A DNA stretch of 64,000 nucleotides, taken from IMG/VR virus record IMGVR_UViG_2713896909_000009, positions 1 through 64,000 of that record. One strand, 5' to 3'. The notes under the pieces were generated by a model. It saw nothing but the letters and a program-made list of their open reading frames with translations, searched no databases and was not told where the DNA came from. The position numbers and the translations under genes were made by a program. Shown in pieces: positions 13,701 to 21,155 of this stretch; positions within the stretch are counted from its first letter, which is position 1, and every line of letters begins with the position of its first letter. The stretch is from a virus (Duplodnaviria; Heunggongvirae; Uroviricota; Caudoviricetes).

Positions 13701-14497
13701 ATAAAGACGAGATCAAGCAGGCAATGGACGCAGCAAGTGCGCGCATTGCAGCAGAACGGAAAGCCAATCTGAATCATGCAGTCGCCGCGCTGACTCAATC
13801 GTGGGTAACAGCAATCAGGGAGGCCGCCACCACAGGAAAAATCACACCGGCAATTGCGGATGTCGTAAACGACGGCTCTAAATTTATGGATGCCTATAAA
13901 ATGGATGCGGTGCAGTTGCCATCAGCCTATGGCCAACTCAGCTATCGCATGACCTACAACCTGGTATCAATGTTTACTGACCTTGCCATCCTTGGGCTGG
14001 TGGATCTTAACGAGGTTACGCCGGAATTGCTCAGCATGCGCAAGAATCATGTGGAGATATTGCAGAGAATTAACACTGTTCTTGCCGGGCGCACCGATGA
14101 AGAGAAACAGGCCGACGCTGATCGGATAAACCTGGCCCTTGGCAACATCACGGAGGAAGAAATTGCCGCCAGAAACGAGAAACAAGAAGAGTTATCATCA
14201 ATACAGGGTGATGCCACCAGCATAGCTCAGTCTCTTGGTCTGAATTATCGCGTATCCACTGCCGACCTGAAGATGATGTACGCACCAAAATTCGCCTCTG
14301 GCGAGGTATTTGGGCTTCAGGAGGCGTCCGGCATGAAAGGTGTCCTTTTCCGTGCTAAAGACGCAATCAAGGTGAAATTCGGCGCTCGCTGGCTGCCAGC
14401 GAAGGCGAAGAACAGCGATTTCCCGGGTAACTGGTGGATTATCGAGACAAAACACAACGTGGCGGACGTTCTGGCCGTCATCCAACAATACGCATAA
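7730..14497 (+). CDS. darB: DarB antirestriction protein (N6-adenine methyltransferase fused to SF2 helicase)
   Basis: 2255 aa; SAM motif 'LEPSAGTGVF', 'NVPFG' (NPPF-like), Walker A 'GTGLGKTT', 'VDEGHNYRN', 'QRNGRGARVGS'. Confidence 0.9.
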   Translation: MNKLSMGVFRCSSVSEILKYISAITSHRAPIRYGVEKVEGKSYDRLRREANQKAIDLLNSLVDGATLTDEQRQILAGYTGEGGIGGSVSEYYTPKPIAEGVWEIMKLYGADVGNTLEPSAGTGVFNETKPVGTVMTATEISSVSGRINQLLHPEDSVQISPFEQLAVSTPNDSFDHVVGNVPFGGRDNTRNIDKPYAEETDMGSYFMLRMLDKIKPGGFMCVIVPPSIVSGSNMKRLRLRLSRKAEFLGAHRLPTGTFDANGTSTVVDVVLMRKHPAEMAEKIPLVDESTLESANVLWPTFISGKWFEKDGRRFVHGTQEKGFQGRIEVRADGQIDNQALKAKLIHRFESRIDWSLLNMAEPSPTADVVDEGEMRLINGVWQKYAGGRWIESDAGKELKIDVASYGADSWEALQRNLTTTEGRLGMTFTQMANVRDKYTTSISDDMVQLVDWINSQPEKYRERLYRGAMIGRMLIEYQDMKAAGHSAEQIEQQRLSLVSRLQAEIDRFGNPGRGPIAKLSGSGARAWFAFRGAIKLDGTISDELTGKLVTHDSSASYDSTSYQDTLRYLYSDLTRDPIQLDDFRLAFTGELPASDDELLNLLASTPGIAVSPYGGIVPFARATSGDINEIVAPKQEFLATLPDGPVKNNVLNQLAAIEEKRIKTPAENIRFKLNSRWFDRSVILEFLQENGYPDLRYVQSVQLEGDEMVSDTYHGGDGLFVGHRYGVVQRKDKETGEIRYEWDRKSGENATGFPAQLEKYLNGARIGGKDSATANGYREQMALLEDQFNKWIKTHDRYDELVAKYNDVFNSNIPYEHSGDPLGLKGLSGKRQPFDYQNSEVRRLSEDGRGILGFGTGLGKTTTALALEAFNYENGRSTRTAYVVPKSVLENWYYEAKEFLSEEAFSNYLFVGLDVLMDGDQIRQVPVLDENGKPVLGTDGTPLMRDALKLADEATITARMNAIPHSNYRAVVLTKEQYFRLPLRDETVDEHAQDMLLDFVAAGRVASAMDSDSHRKEAARRRILSEYSDTGTEKSDKYPYFEDMGFDSVIVDEGHNYRNSYKNGREASQLAYLPTSAVAQSARDMAIKNAYLMKKNGGRGPVLLTATPVVNTPIDAYNMLSHVLPKEYWQKMGIYSPDDFVKFFGKTRLETVQKISGEVEEKMALVGFENLDALRGIFHRWVTLKTAEDVKDTVEIPELDEHQQDAPLTEEQLAAYEELRQQAEAAAKANNGVTSSVNEDGVIEHEKARPIFSIIRDMDRVCTDMDLYYRRITYRFLPEYADAVQQLADSLPKQATSEDDDSDDSITQQSQYSLIDKGEFIQLQVPEAFEQEVNKRLARFGIDEQTVTHPVMPKYAKLIATLKEFFPEGKQIIFTDEKTQHQKLKRIICNALNLEPSKVGILNAQTVAEAGKTGKKLKAVKPPKELPDEPTDAQIAKYNEQMALYDAYIAQQNEMSLGGLEKIAADFQEGRTPIIICNKKAEVGINLHRGTTDIHHLTLPWTPASIAQRNGRGARVGSNRASVRVHYYCGKGSFDEYRLKTLKRKAGWISDILRSDKSEMENADANDMIEMQMYTAKDDGERLAMMQVQMDKAKAAQRARQKEQATIDLQNYIKAQHAAGEDVEVLTAELERSKAELEKTTADVDKFKQAAMAKAADNADWKARWGSVHHTDRMLLAQYRASLKSAIQRKANISQAISRYEKLLNRTQKAATDIKRLRPLVEDAINKGILDVDPDLVNHASEFLVIGDRSWRVGQYYDCAGDIVRIKSLDFDSQRADVEIIFTFKGTKSGNWDVKTLDKQVDVTPDEDAVMQKISGGVSIAGINDIISCDDFYRFQQRGMIKITDSYGVQTTESGYSIDFVGTYTDPLKHAVYPDRRDGALKSSIAKWVLGMMSEGNNRQIRSAETFLVELFGSNYGDVIASYGDTLSPEAIQEKIADAIARMPEKTNQGATRNGDSELEVTNAIFGTNEFRASDYEITTAQFGTIGIYSNKDEIKQAMDAASARIAAERKANLNHAVAALTQSWVTAIREAATTGKITPAIADVVNDGSKFMDAYKMDAVQLPSAYGQLSYRMTYNLVSMFTDLAILGLVDLNEVTPELLSMRKNHVEILQRINTVLAGRTDEEKQADADRINLALGNITEEEIAARNEKQEELSSIQGDATSIAQSLGLNYRVSTADLKMMYAPKFASGEVFGLQEASGMKGVLFRAKDAIKVKFGARWLPAKAKNSDFPGNWWIIETKHNVADVLAVIQQYA

Positions 14498-14530
14498 CAG
14501 GAGCGCCCGGTTAGCCGGGCGTCGCATAAT

Positions 14531-14971
14531 ATGGCCACACTATCTGATACAATAAAACCGAATAAAACATATCTTGAGGCGGTACTCCGTACAGCGTTGT
14601 TAGGAAAGACAGAAGACGAATACGTTGATTTCTTCCTGTCAGGGCTACGCGGGCGATTACTGAAAAATCCCCGCTTGTACCGCAGCTATGGTCCATACTG
14701 GCCGGAAATTAAAAAATTATTACTGGAGCGCGGTTATGGTAATTTCGGTCGTCTCGTTGACCGTGACGTTCGCAAAATTTACCGTTATGACCGCCCGGCG
14801 CTAACACTCATAGCCGCGACGCTCTACAGCCAGGAGCGTTTTGATAATGGTCAGATATACTCAGCCTGGCATTTACTGCCAGTGCCTGAAGAAGTTGACG
14901 ACCAGGACTATGAGTTTGAGTCTTACGATTTGGAAGTTGAAGCCTTGGCACGGGCTGGAGAGAAAACTTGA
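14531..14971 (+). CDS. ulx: Ulx-like protein downstream of darB
   Basis: 146-aa ORF 34 nt after darB; assignment by synteny and size. Confidence 0.45.
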   Translation: MATLSDTIKPNKTYLEAVLRTALLGKTEDEYVDFFLSGLRGRLLKNPRLYRSYGPYWPEIKKLLLERGYGNFGRLVDRDVRKIYRYDRPALTLIAATLYSQERFDNGQIYSAWHLLPVPEEVDDQDYEFESYDLEVEALARAGEKT

Positions 14972-15216
14972 AAAAGCGATACTACACAGTAAAGCATGGG
15001 ACGCTACGAGCATTACAAGAGTTTGCTGACAAGCATAACGTTGAGGTGCGCAGGGAAGGGGGAAGTAAAGCTCTGCGCATGTACCGTCCTGACGGAAAAT
15101 GGCGGACGGTCGTCGATTTCAAAACTAACAGCGTTCCCCAGGGCGTCCGCGACCGGGCATTCGAAGAATGGGAGCAGATCATCATAGATAATGCATTGCT
15201 TCTGAATGCTGATTAA
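14968..15216 (+). CDS. lxc: Lxc-like small protein
   Basis: 82-aa ORF with a 4-nt overlap with the preceding gene; assignment by synteny and size. Confidence 0.45.
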   Translation: MKKRYYTVKHGTLRALQEFADKHNVEVRREGGSKALRMYRPDGKWRTVVDFKTNSVPQGVRDRAFEEWEQIIIDNALLLNAD

Positions 15217-15264
15217 TGGTTTTGTTTCCCGGTATCGTATTATACCGGGAAATATCTTTTTATA

Positions 15265-15672
15265 TTAACCCGCGGCTGCAATTAGTGCTGACCCAACCGC
15301 CAGTGTGGTGACAAGGCCTATAATGACCACTGTCGCTGTTACCCCTCCTGCAACAGCAGCTCCAGTCTTTGTTTTGGATAACTCTTTCTTTTCTAGAGAA
15401 ATGATTTCACCCATAGGAATAGACTGGTTGTTAATACCATTGATATATTGTGGGGTAACTTTCGATACTGTCATTTCACCTTCGCTACCTGATTTTAACT
15501 TGTATTTAATTAGGTCACCAGCATATATCGGCGGCTCCGTTAAATAATAGGTACTTCTTTCAAGATTTTTCTGCTGTATGTTAACTCCCTGATAAGACTG
15601 ACATCCACATAACACAAGCGATAAAATTAGCGTTGTCAGTAATTTTCTTTTGTTTTTTATCATTGCCAGCAC
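15265..15672 (-). CDS. putative lipoprotein with C-terminal glycine-zipper helix (SlyB/Pcp-like)
   Basis: N-terminal signal 'KRKLLTTLILSLVLCGCQS'; C-terminal 'GAAVAGGVTATVVIIGLVTTLAVGSALIAAAG'; AT-rich gene. Confidence 0.55.
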   Translation of the reverse strand: MLAMIKNKRKLLTTLILSLVLCGCQSYQGVNIQQKNLERSTYYLTEPPIYAGDLIKYKLKSGSEGEMTVSKVTPQYINGINNQSIPMGEIISLEKKELSKTKTGAAVAGGVTATVVIIGLVTTLAVGSALIAAAG

Positions 15673-15797
15673 TCCTTCTCCTTTTCTTTGTATAGCTAAA
15701 ACACATTATTTATTCTTGTCAAATAGTTTTGAGTTTGAGAGTGAGGTTTGCGTGACGACGCTCTAAAAGTTGCAGATAGCGGTAAAGATAATTTTAT

Positions 15798-16466
15798 TTA
15801 CAATATGTTACCTTTTCCGGTAAGTATGCCTTGCGGTACTTTACTTTCCCCCATTAGTTGAGTGGCATGAATGATATTAATAAATGACATTAGTTGTGAT
15901 GAACTCTTATTAACATTTATCTCTCCTGCCATTGCCCTAATGTAGTCGGCGCTTGCAACGTTGTTATATTCCGTTGCGAAGCAGCATAACAACGTCAGAA
16001 CGTGCTCTGTCGTTATTTCGCTCCAGTTGATGTTGAAAAATTCATCGCCTTTTTTGTCATGTTCGGAATCGAAGATGCTTTGGTGGAGGATGTATTTGCC
16101 GGATTCCTTGCGCGGTAACTTGATCGCTTTCTGGCGTTCCAATTCCTTGTAAATCTGCATTGCTTCAATCAGTACCGGCCTGCCGTTCATGAAGGGATCG
16201 CGCAACCTTACACGCTGGCCAACTCGACCGGTAATAAAGCTGTTTTCCTCTTCCACCAGCACGATAAAACCTTTTTCCTCTTTCTCACGCAATTCGCGCA
16301 GCAACTGGAGTTCCATATCGCGGCGGCGTTCAGGGTAGCTGGTCCGCTCAGCCATTATCAGCTCGTTATTGATCCATGCAGCAGTCATTGACGCCGGTTT
16401 GCCGACGCTCATCGAAACAACGCATATTTTCTTATCCATAGCGCCCCTACAAAAAAGAAAAGCCAC
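15798..16466 (-). CDS. hypothetical cytoplasmic protein, upstream partner of the lipoprotein
   Basis: 222-aa ORF (start may be the internal Met at about 16439); AT-rich; no motif recognised. Confidence 0.5.
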   Translation of the reverse strand: MAFLFCRGAMDKKICVVSMSVGKPASMTAAWINNELIMAERTSYPERRRDMELQLLRELREKEEKGFIVLVEEENSFITGRVGQRVRLRDPFMNGRPVLIEAMQIYKELERQKAIKLPRKESGKYILHQSIFDSEHDKKGDEFFNINWSEITTEHVLTLLCCFATEYNNVASADYIRAMAGEINVNKSSSQLMSFINIIHATQLMGESKVPQGILTGKGNIL

Positions 16467-16697
16467 CAGCGGCGGCTTAGCAATACAACTGAAGGTAGCG
16501 CCCGGTACTCAGACTGTGCCGTCCATGGAATATTTGAAAAGGGATCCATCCGTACCGGGCATATGATGATTCTGACTGAAGTCACTTGTCAGTTGTCAAT
16601 TATTTCAGATTAAAAATAATATATTTATTAGTGCATACAAATAAAACAATAAGTGTGCACATTGCAACCTCAGAGAGGAAACATTCAATCAGATTGA

Positions 16698-16730
16698 ATT
16701 GCTCTAATAAATTTGATTTATTGGATCAAA
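16698..16730. promoter_or_regulatory. C1 operator (perfect 17-mer plus degenerate inverted partner)
   Basis: 'attgctctaataaatttgatttattggatcaa'. Confidence 0.6.
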
Positions 16731-17031
16731 AATACTACCATTGAACGCCAGAGTATTGATCTTCCTGTTGTTCAGGCTTATAGTTCCGCCGTCGTAGCAA
16801 ATTCTGCGACCGGGTTTGACAGCCTGAATGTACATGCGGGCAACCGCAGATATCCGATATTGCGGTATTTTTGTGTCCGTAAAACCACGTTACGCCCGAA
16901 TTATGGTGGGGCGTGATGGGGAGGCTTCGGCCTGCTGGTTTCATGTACGCCAGTCTGTCAACCCCGTCACGTCCTGCCACCTGTTTGACAGCGGGTAGCA
17001 GGTTGTTAAACCTGTACATGAGGCCGTAACT

Positions 17032-17256
17032 ATGGTTAATGCCAATCCTTGCGCACGCCCTGAATTTATCTGGCGCTTTTACTCCTGCCAGAAACGCCAC
17101 TATCACTTCGTTATTGCACCGACAGAAGCTGAGGCACGTTCTCAGCTTCCTGACGCCCCCTGTATTTTCTCCGCCCGTTTTTCTACCGATTCGTCGCGCA
17201 ATTCTCTCAGTTACTGGTGCCTCCCTGTTAACGCTTCTGCTCAGGAGGGAGTATGA
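17032..17256 (+). CDS. small ORF coupled to antirepressor-like paralog 2 (icd-like position)
   Basis: 74 aa 'MVNANPCARPEFIWRFYSCQKRHYHFV...'; ATGA overlap with the next gene. Confidence 0.5.
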   Translation: MVNANPCARPEFIWRFYSCQKRHYHFVIAPTEAEARSQLPDAPCIFSARFSTDSSRNSLSYWCLPVNASAQEGV

Positions 17257-18365
17257 GAACGTCATTAGTCACCCGTGAAGAGATGATCGAGGCAATTGAA
17301 CAGCACACAACCTGTATCAGTACCAGGGATATTCCGGGCGTTATTGCCAACTACTTCATGATCACCAAACAACTTTACCGGAGAAAGGACAAGAACGCGG
17401 TTCACCGTATCCTGCTGTCTGATATCCGCGAATACCTGCTCGAACAGGGGCATCTGAATTACGCAACCGTTGCAGCCGAAACACGCAAGGAGGCACACAG
17501 AATGAAAGCTACTAACGTTAAATCCGAAAAAATTCATGCACCTTCAGTTCAGGTATCGGAGCTGGTGGTTGTTCAGAATCAGTCTGATGAAATTCCCGTT
17601 CTGGAATGGCAGGGAGTGCGTGTCGTAACGACCGAAACTCTTGCTAAGGGGTATGGAACCGAAACTAATAACATCAAAGTTAACTATACGCGTAATGCTG
17701 ATCGCTTTGAGGAAGGTAAACATTACTTTCTACTAACTGGTTCAAAATTAAGAGAATTGAAGGACAAGGTTACTCAAAGTAACTTAGTCGCACCGCGAGC
17801 AAAGCACCTCACTCTCTGGACGGAACGCGGCGCAGCCCGCCACGCTAAAATGCTCGAAACCGATCAGGCATGGGCATTCTTTGAAAAACTGGAAGACAGC
17901 TACTTCCGGCAAAAAGAACAGCAACCGGTTGCAATCCCCCAAACATTACCAGAAGCCCTACGCCTGGCTGCCGAACTGGCTGAACAAAAGCAGCTTCTGG
18001 AACAGAAAGCCCACCAGCTAAATCAGCAGCTGGTGGCCGCAGCCCCCAAAGTCGATTTTGCCGACCGGGTATCAGTAGCTAAAGGGATCCTGATTGGGAA
18101 TTTTGCAAAGGTTGTTGGACTTAAGCAAAACGCGCTGTTTGCCTGGTTACGGGAGAACGGCATCCTGATTGCGTCCGGTGGACGTAAAAATGTGCCGTTC
18201 CAGCAGTACATAAACGCCGGATATTTCACAGTGAAAGAAGTGGTGCTGGATGATGAAGATGGCTACCAGATACGGCTGACGCCCCAGCTAACTGGGAAAG
18301 GCCAACAGTGGTTGACGCGTAAACTGCTCGAAGCTGGCTTGTTAAAACCGGTGGCGGCTGAATGA
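17253..18365 (+). CDS. antirepressor-like protein, paralog 2
   Basis: 370 aa; N- and C-terminal thirds near-identical to paralog 1, central domain diverged. Confidence 0.7.
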   Translation: MRTSLVTREEMIEAIEQHTTCISTRDIPGVIANYFMITKQLYRRKDKNAVHRILLSDIREYLLEQGHLNYATVAAETRKEAHRMKATNVKSEKIHAPSVQVSELVVVQNQSDEIPVLEWQGVRVVTTETLAKGYGTETNNIKVNYTRNADRFEEGKHYFLLTGSKLRELKDKVTQSNLVAPRAKHLTLWTERGAARHAKMLETDQAWAFFEKLEDSYFRQKEQQPVAIPQTLPEALRLAAELAEQKQLLEQKAHQLNQQLVAAAPKVDFADRVSVAKGILIGNFAKVVGLKQNALFAWLRENGILIASGGRKNVPFQQYINAGYFTVKEVVLDDEDGYQIRLTPQLTGKGQQWLTRKLLEAGLLKPVAAE

Positions 18366-18371
18366 TTAAAA

Positions 18372-18392
18372 AAGGCGGCCTTTAGGCCGCCA
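18372..18392. terminator. GC hairpin terminator
   Basis: 'ggcggcc ttta ggccgcc' with adjacent A-run (T-run in minus sense). Confidence 0.5.
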
Positions 18393-18508
18393 ATGATTTC
18401 AAGAAGCAGGCAATGGCCATGTCTTCGTAGTTGACTAATGCCATCGCTTAATTATAACAATAAATTAGAACAATGGCATTTTTTATTTTTTTATCGAGAA
18501 TCACATTC

Positions 18509-18610
18509 TTTCACTTCGGCACCTGTGTGCTATACTCCTTCTTGATTGATTGGATGCGGAATACAAACCCGCTTTTTTGTGCAGCCTGGCTACTTGCCAG
18601 GCTTTTTTTT
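18509..18610 (+). ncRNA. candidate small RNA unit (promoter to intrinsic terminator)
   Basis: -35 'tttcac', 16-nt spacer, extended -10 'tgc tatact'; about 68 nt later hairpin 'agcctggc tactt gccaggct' followed by T8. Confidence 0.3.
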
Positions 18611-18920
18611 ATTTCATCATGGAAGCTGTTAACGCTTTGAACCTTGCTGAACTGATTGAAAGGACATTGTTAACCTTACCCAAGAGTTCGCCAAACTCAG
18701 ACATCACTTTAGCAAAACCGCGCCGTGCTTCTTCCTCGGTGGCATTCATCACGAAATGTTCAGCACTACGCATACTTTTGACAGGGAACGCAACAGATAT
18801 TGAGTCAATATCAGGCATTCTATCGCTCAACTTTACAGTGACAATGACGGCTGGCGACTGAATATTAGTGCTTACAGACAGCACTACATATTTTCCGTCG
18901 ATGTTGAAATCCTTTCTCAT
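18609..18920 (-). CDS. hypothetical protein at the position where P1 carries ref
   Basis: 103-aa ORF directly downstream of cre, preceded by an operator-like site; no HNH motif. Confidence 0.4.
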   Translation of the reverse strand: MRKDFNIDGKYVVLSVSTNIQSPAVIVTVKLSDRMPDIDSISVAFPVKSMRSAEHFVMNATEEEARRGFAKVMSEFGELLGKVNNVLSISSARFKALTASMMK

Positions 18921-18937
18921 ATGCCACCATAAATATC

Positions 18938-18953
18938 AAACAATTAGAGCAAT
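18938..18953. promoter_or_regulatory. C1 operator-like site
   Basis: 'aaacaattagagcaat' (reverse complement of ATTGCTCTAATTGTTT). Confidence 0.4.
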
Positions 18954-18970
18954 TTCCTATGCATTGACGG

Positions 18971-20002
18971 CTAATCACCATCTTCCAGCAGGCGCACCAT
19001 TGCCCCCGTTTCACTATCCAGATTACGGATATAGTTCATGACAATATTTACGTTGGTCCAGCCACCAGCTTGCATGATCTCCGGTATTGAAACTCCGGCG
19101 CGGGCCATATCTCGCGCGGCTCCGACACGGGCACTGTGTCCAGACCAGGCCAGGTACCTCTGGCCAGAGTCATCCTTAGCCCCGTAAATCAATCGGTGAA
19201 TTGCTTCAAAAATCCCTTCCAGGGCGCGAGTTGATAGCTGGCTGGTGGATGATGGCGCGGCAACACCATTTTTTCTGACCCGGCAAAACAGGTAGTTATT
19301 CGGATCATCAGCTACACCAGAGACAGAAATCCATCGCTCGACCAGTTTAGTTACCCCCAGGCTAAGTGCCTTCTCTACACCTGCGGTGCTAACCAGCGTT
19401 TTCGTTCTGCCAATATGGATTAACATTCTCCCACCGTCAGTACGTGAGATATCTTTAACCCTGATCCTGGCAATTTCGGCTATACGTAACAGGGTGTTAT
19501 AAGCAATTCCCAGAAATGCCAGATTCCGTATATCCTGGCAGCGATCGCTATTTTCCATGAGTGAACGAACCTGGTCGAAATCAGTGCGTTCGAACGCCAA
19601 TGCCTGTTTTGCACGTTCACCGGCATCAACGTTTTCTTTTCGGATCCGTCGCATGACCAGTGAAACAGCATTGCTGTCACTTGGTCGTGGCAGCCCAGAC
19701 CGACGATGAAGCATGTTTAGCTGGCCCAAATGTTGCTGGATAGTTTTTACTGCCAGACCACGCGCCTGAAGATATAGAAGGTAATCGCGAACATCTTCAG
19801 GTTCTGCGGGAAACCATTTCCGGTTATTCAACTTGCACCATGCCGCCCACGACCGGCAAACGGACAGAAGCATTTTCCAGGTATGCTCAGAAAACGCCTG
19901 GCGATCCCTGAACATATCCATCAGGTTCTTGCGAACCTCATCACTCGTTGCATCGACCGGCAATGCAGGCAAATTTTGGTGTACGGTCATTAAATTGGAC
20001 AT
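18971..20002 (-). CDS. cre: Cre site-specific tyrosine recombinase
   Basis: 343 aa 'MSNLMTVHQNLPALPVDATSDEVRKNLMDMFRDRQAFSEHTWK...'; essentially the Cre sequence; adjacent loxP. Confidence 0.97.
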   Translation of the reverse strand: MSNLMTVHQNLPALPVDATSDEVRKNLMDMFRDRQAFSEHTWKMLLSVCRSWAAWCKLNNRKWFPAEPEDVRDYLLYLQARGLAVKTIQQHLGQLNMLHRRSGLPRPSDSNAVSLVMRRIRKENVDAGERAKQALAFERTDFDQVRSLMENSDRCQDIRNLAFLGIAYNTLLRIAEIARIRVKDISRTDGGRMLIHIGRTKTLVSTAGVEKALSLGVTKLVERWISVSGVADDPNNYLFCRVRKNGVAAPSSTSQLSTRALEGIFEAIHRLIYGAKDDSGQRYLAWSGHSARVGAARDMARAGVSIPEIMQAGGWTNVNIVMNYIRNLDSETGAMVRLLEDGD

Positions 20003-20009
20003 TTAACAC

Positions 20010-20231
20010 TCAGATAATGGTTTTAAGTAAAGTGTACAGGATCGGCTCTGCCTTTACCTGGTTATGGTTCTCGTCATAGAAACGCCAGCGACCGCGCGTG
20101 CGTTCTATTTTCTCTTCACCGCGATATAATGACAGTTGGTGACTATCACGCTCAAAGCCTTTTGCCCGCCAGTAACCACGGTTTTTCTCAAGCTCAAGAT
20201 GAGTGGACACTTTAGCAGTTGAATATCCCAT
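20010..20231 (-). CDS. small protein between loxP and cre (cra-like position)
   Basis: 73-aa ORF ending 8 nt upstream of the cre ATG; SD 'gaggtg'. Confidence 0.4.
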   Translation of the reverse strand: MGYSTAKVSTHLELEKNRGYWRAKGFERDSHQLSLYRGEEKIERTRGRWRFYDENHNQVKAEPILYTLLKTII

Positions 20232-20420
20232 TTTTCACCTCTGATTGATTGGTGGTGCTAAGTGCGCTACGCGAAATCTGGAGCACTAACACTGCCAACA
20301 TTTCGCAGATTTTACGTAGCGCAACCTTGATCAAATGATCAAGTGATCACTATTTGACCTGATAAGGTATTGAACTGTATGGATTTACAGGTAAATTGAT
20401 CATGTTCAATAACCCTTAAG

Positions 20421-20454
20421 ATAACTTCGTATAATGTATGCTATACGAAGTTAT
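20421..20454. other. loxP: loxP recombination site
   Basis: exact 34 bp 'ataacttcgtata atgtatgc tatacgaagttat'. Confidence 0.97.
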
Positions 20455-20500
20455 TAGGTCCAAAGAGGAGTTTACGTCCAGCTGCGCACAAAAATCAAGA

Positions 20501-20601
20501 ATTATTAGAGCAATAAATTTTGAGAGAAAAATCCCACTCCACCAGCTAAAAACTGGATTGTTTTTCATAGTTGTTTGACAATTGCTCTAATAAATTATAG
20601 T
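20501..20601 (+). promoter_or_regulatory. C1 operator cluster with sigma70-like promoter facing coi/c1 (Op99-like)
   Basis: 'attattagagcaat' (inverted) and 'ttgaca attgctctaataaatta tagt': -35 TTGACA with the operator in the spacer. Confidence 0.6.
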
Positions 20602-20835
20602 TTTGCCGCCGTTTCGTAATACAACTTTGGATTCACTATTTAATGTGCCTTCAGCGTTGTAGAGCGGCTCAGAAGGAAATGAGCAAACAGGGAAACCTTA
20701 TACAACGGCATTACAGCTATGCATTGCTCATCTTACACACAGCGCAATGTTGTTAGATTACCCCAGCATGGATCATGGGTGAAACAGTAGGTCAGAGCTT
20801 CAGGCTCTGTGTTGTCAATACAGTGAGGCATAATT

Positions 20836-21045
20836 ATGGCTTTCATTCAACCAACCATCGACGACGTTAGACATTGCTCTAACGCTTTATCTGTAGACCC
20901 TGCCGAAACCGACGCAGCCCGCGCCATTGCTGAACACTACTCAAAGATATCCAATCAGGAGTACCGCATCACCCAAGACGACCTGGATGACCTCACTGAC
21001 ACAATCGAATATCTCATGGCAACTAACCAGTTAGACTCACAATAA
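20836..21045 (+). CDS. coi: Coi (C1 inactivator)
   Basis: 69-aa ORF immediately upstream of c1. Confidence 0.8.
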   Translation: MAFIQPTIDDVRHCSNALSVDPAETDAARAIAEHYSKISNQEYRITQDDLDDLTDTIEYLMATNQLDSQ

Positions 21046-21062
21046 ATGCACTAATAAATCTA
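21046..21062. promoter_or_regulatory. weak C1 operator-like site between coi and c1
   Basis: 'atgcactaataaatcta'. Confidence 0.35.
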
Positions 21063-21155
21063 TTATTTTTGTTTGATCCCTCTATAATATAGGTCAGTAA
21101 TGACCGGTTTTCTCAGCCGGGCGTTATTGACCATGTCAATTCTGGAGGAGGATCA

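Noticed and set aside
7865-14538. Numerous 60-180-aa ORFs on both strands inside darB (for example 7865..8221, 10931..11464, 11486..11872, 14198..14527)
   Set aside because: They lie entirely within the 2255-aa darB reading frame or its antisense strand, and darB has clear methyltransferase and helicase motifs; treated as shadow ORFs.
14500-18970. Searched for ref, mat, res, mod and IS1 expected between lxc and cre in P1
   Set aside because: No ORF in the interval is long enough for Res or Mod, and no transposase-like ORF or IS1 terminal repeats were seen; recorded as absent, not annotated.
20600-20835. Small ORFs between loxP and coi as imcA/imcB
   Set aside because: Several short ORFs (about 35-40 aa) are possible but starts and frames are ambiguous and I cannot match them to known sequences from memory.
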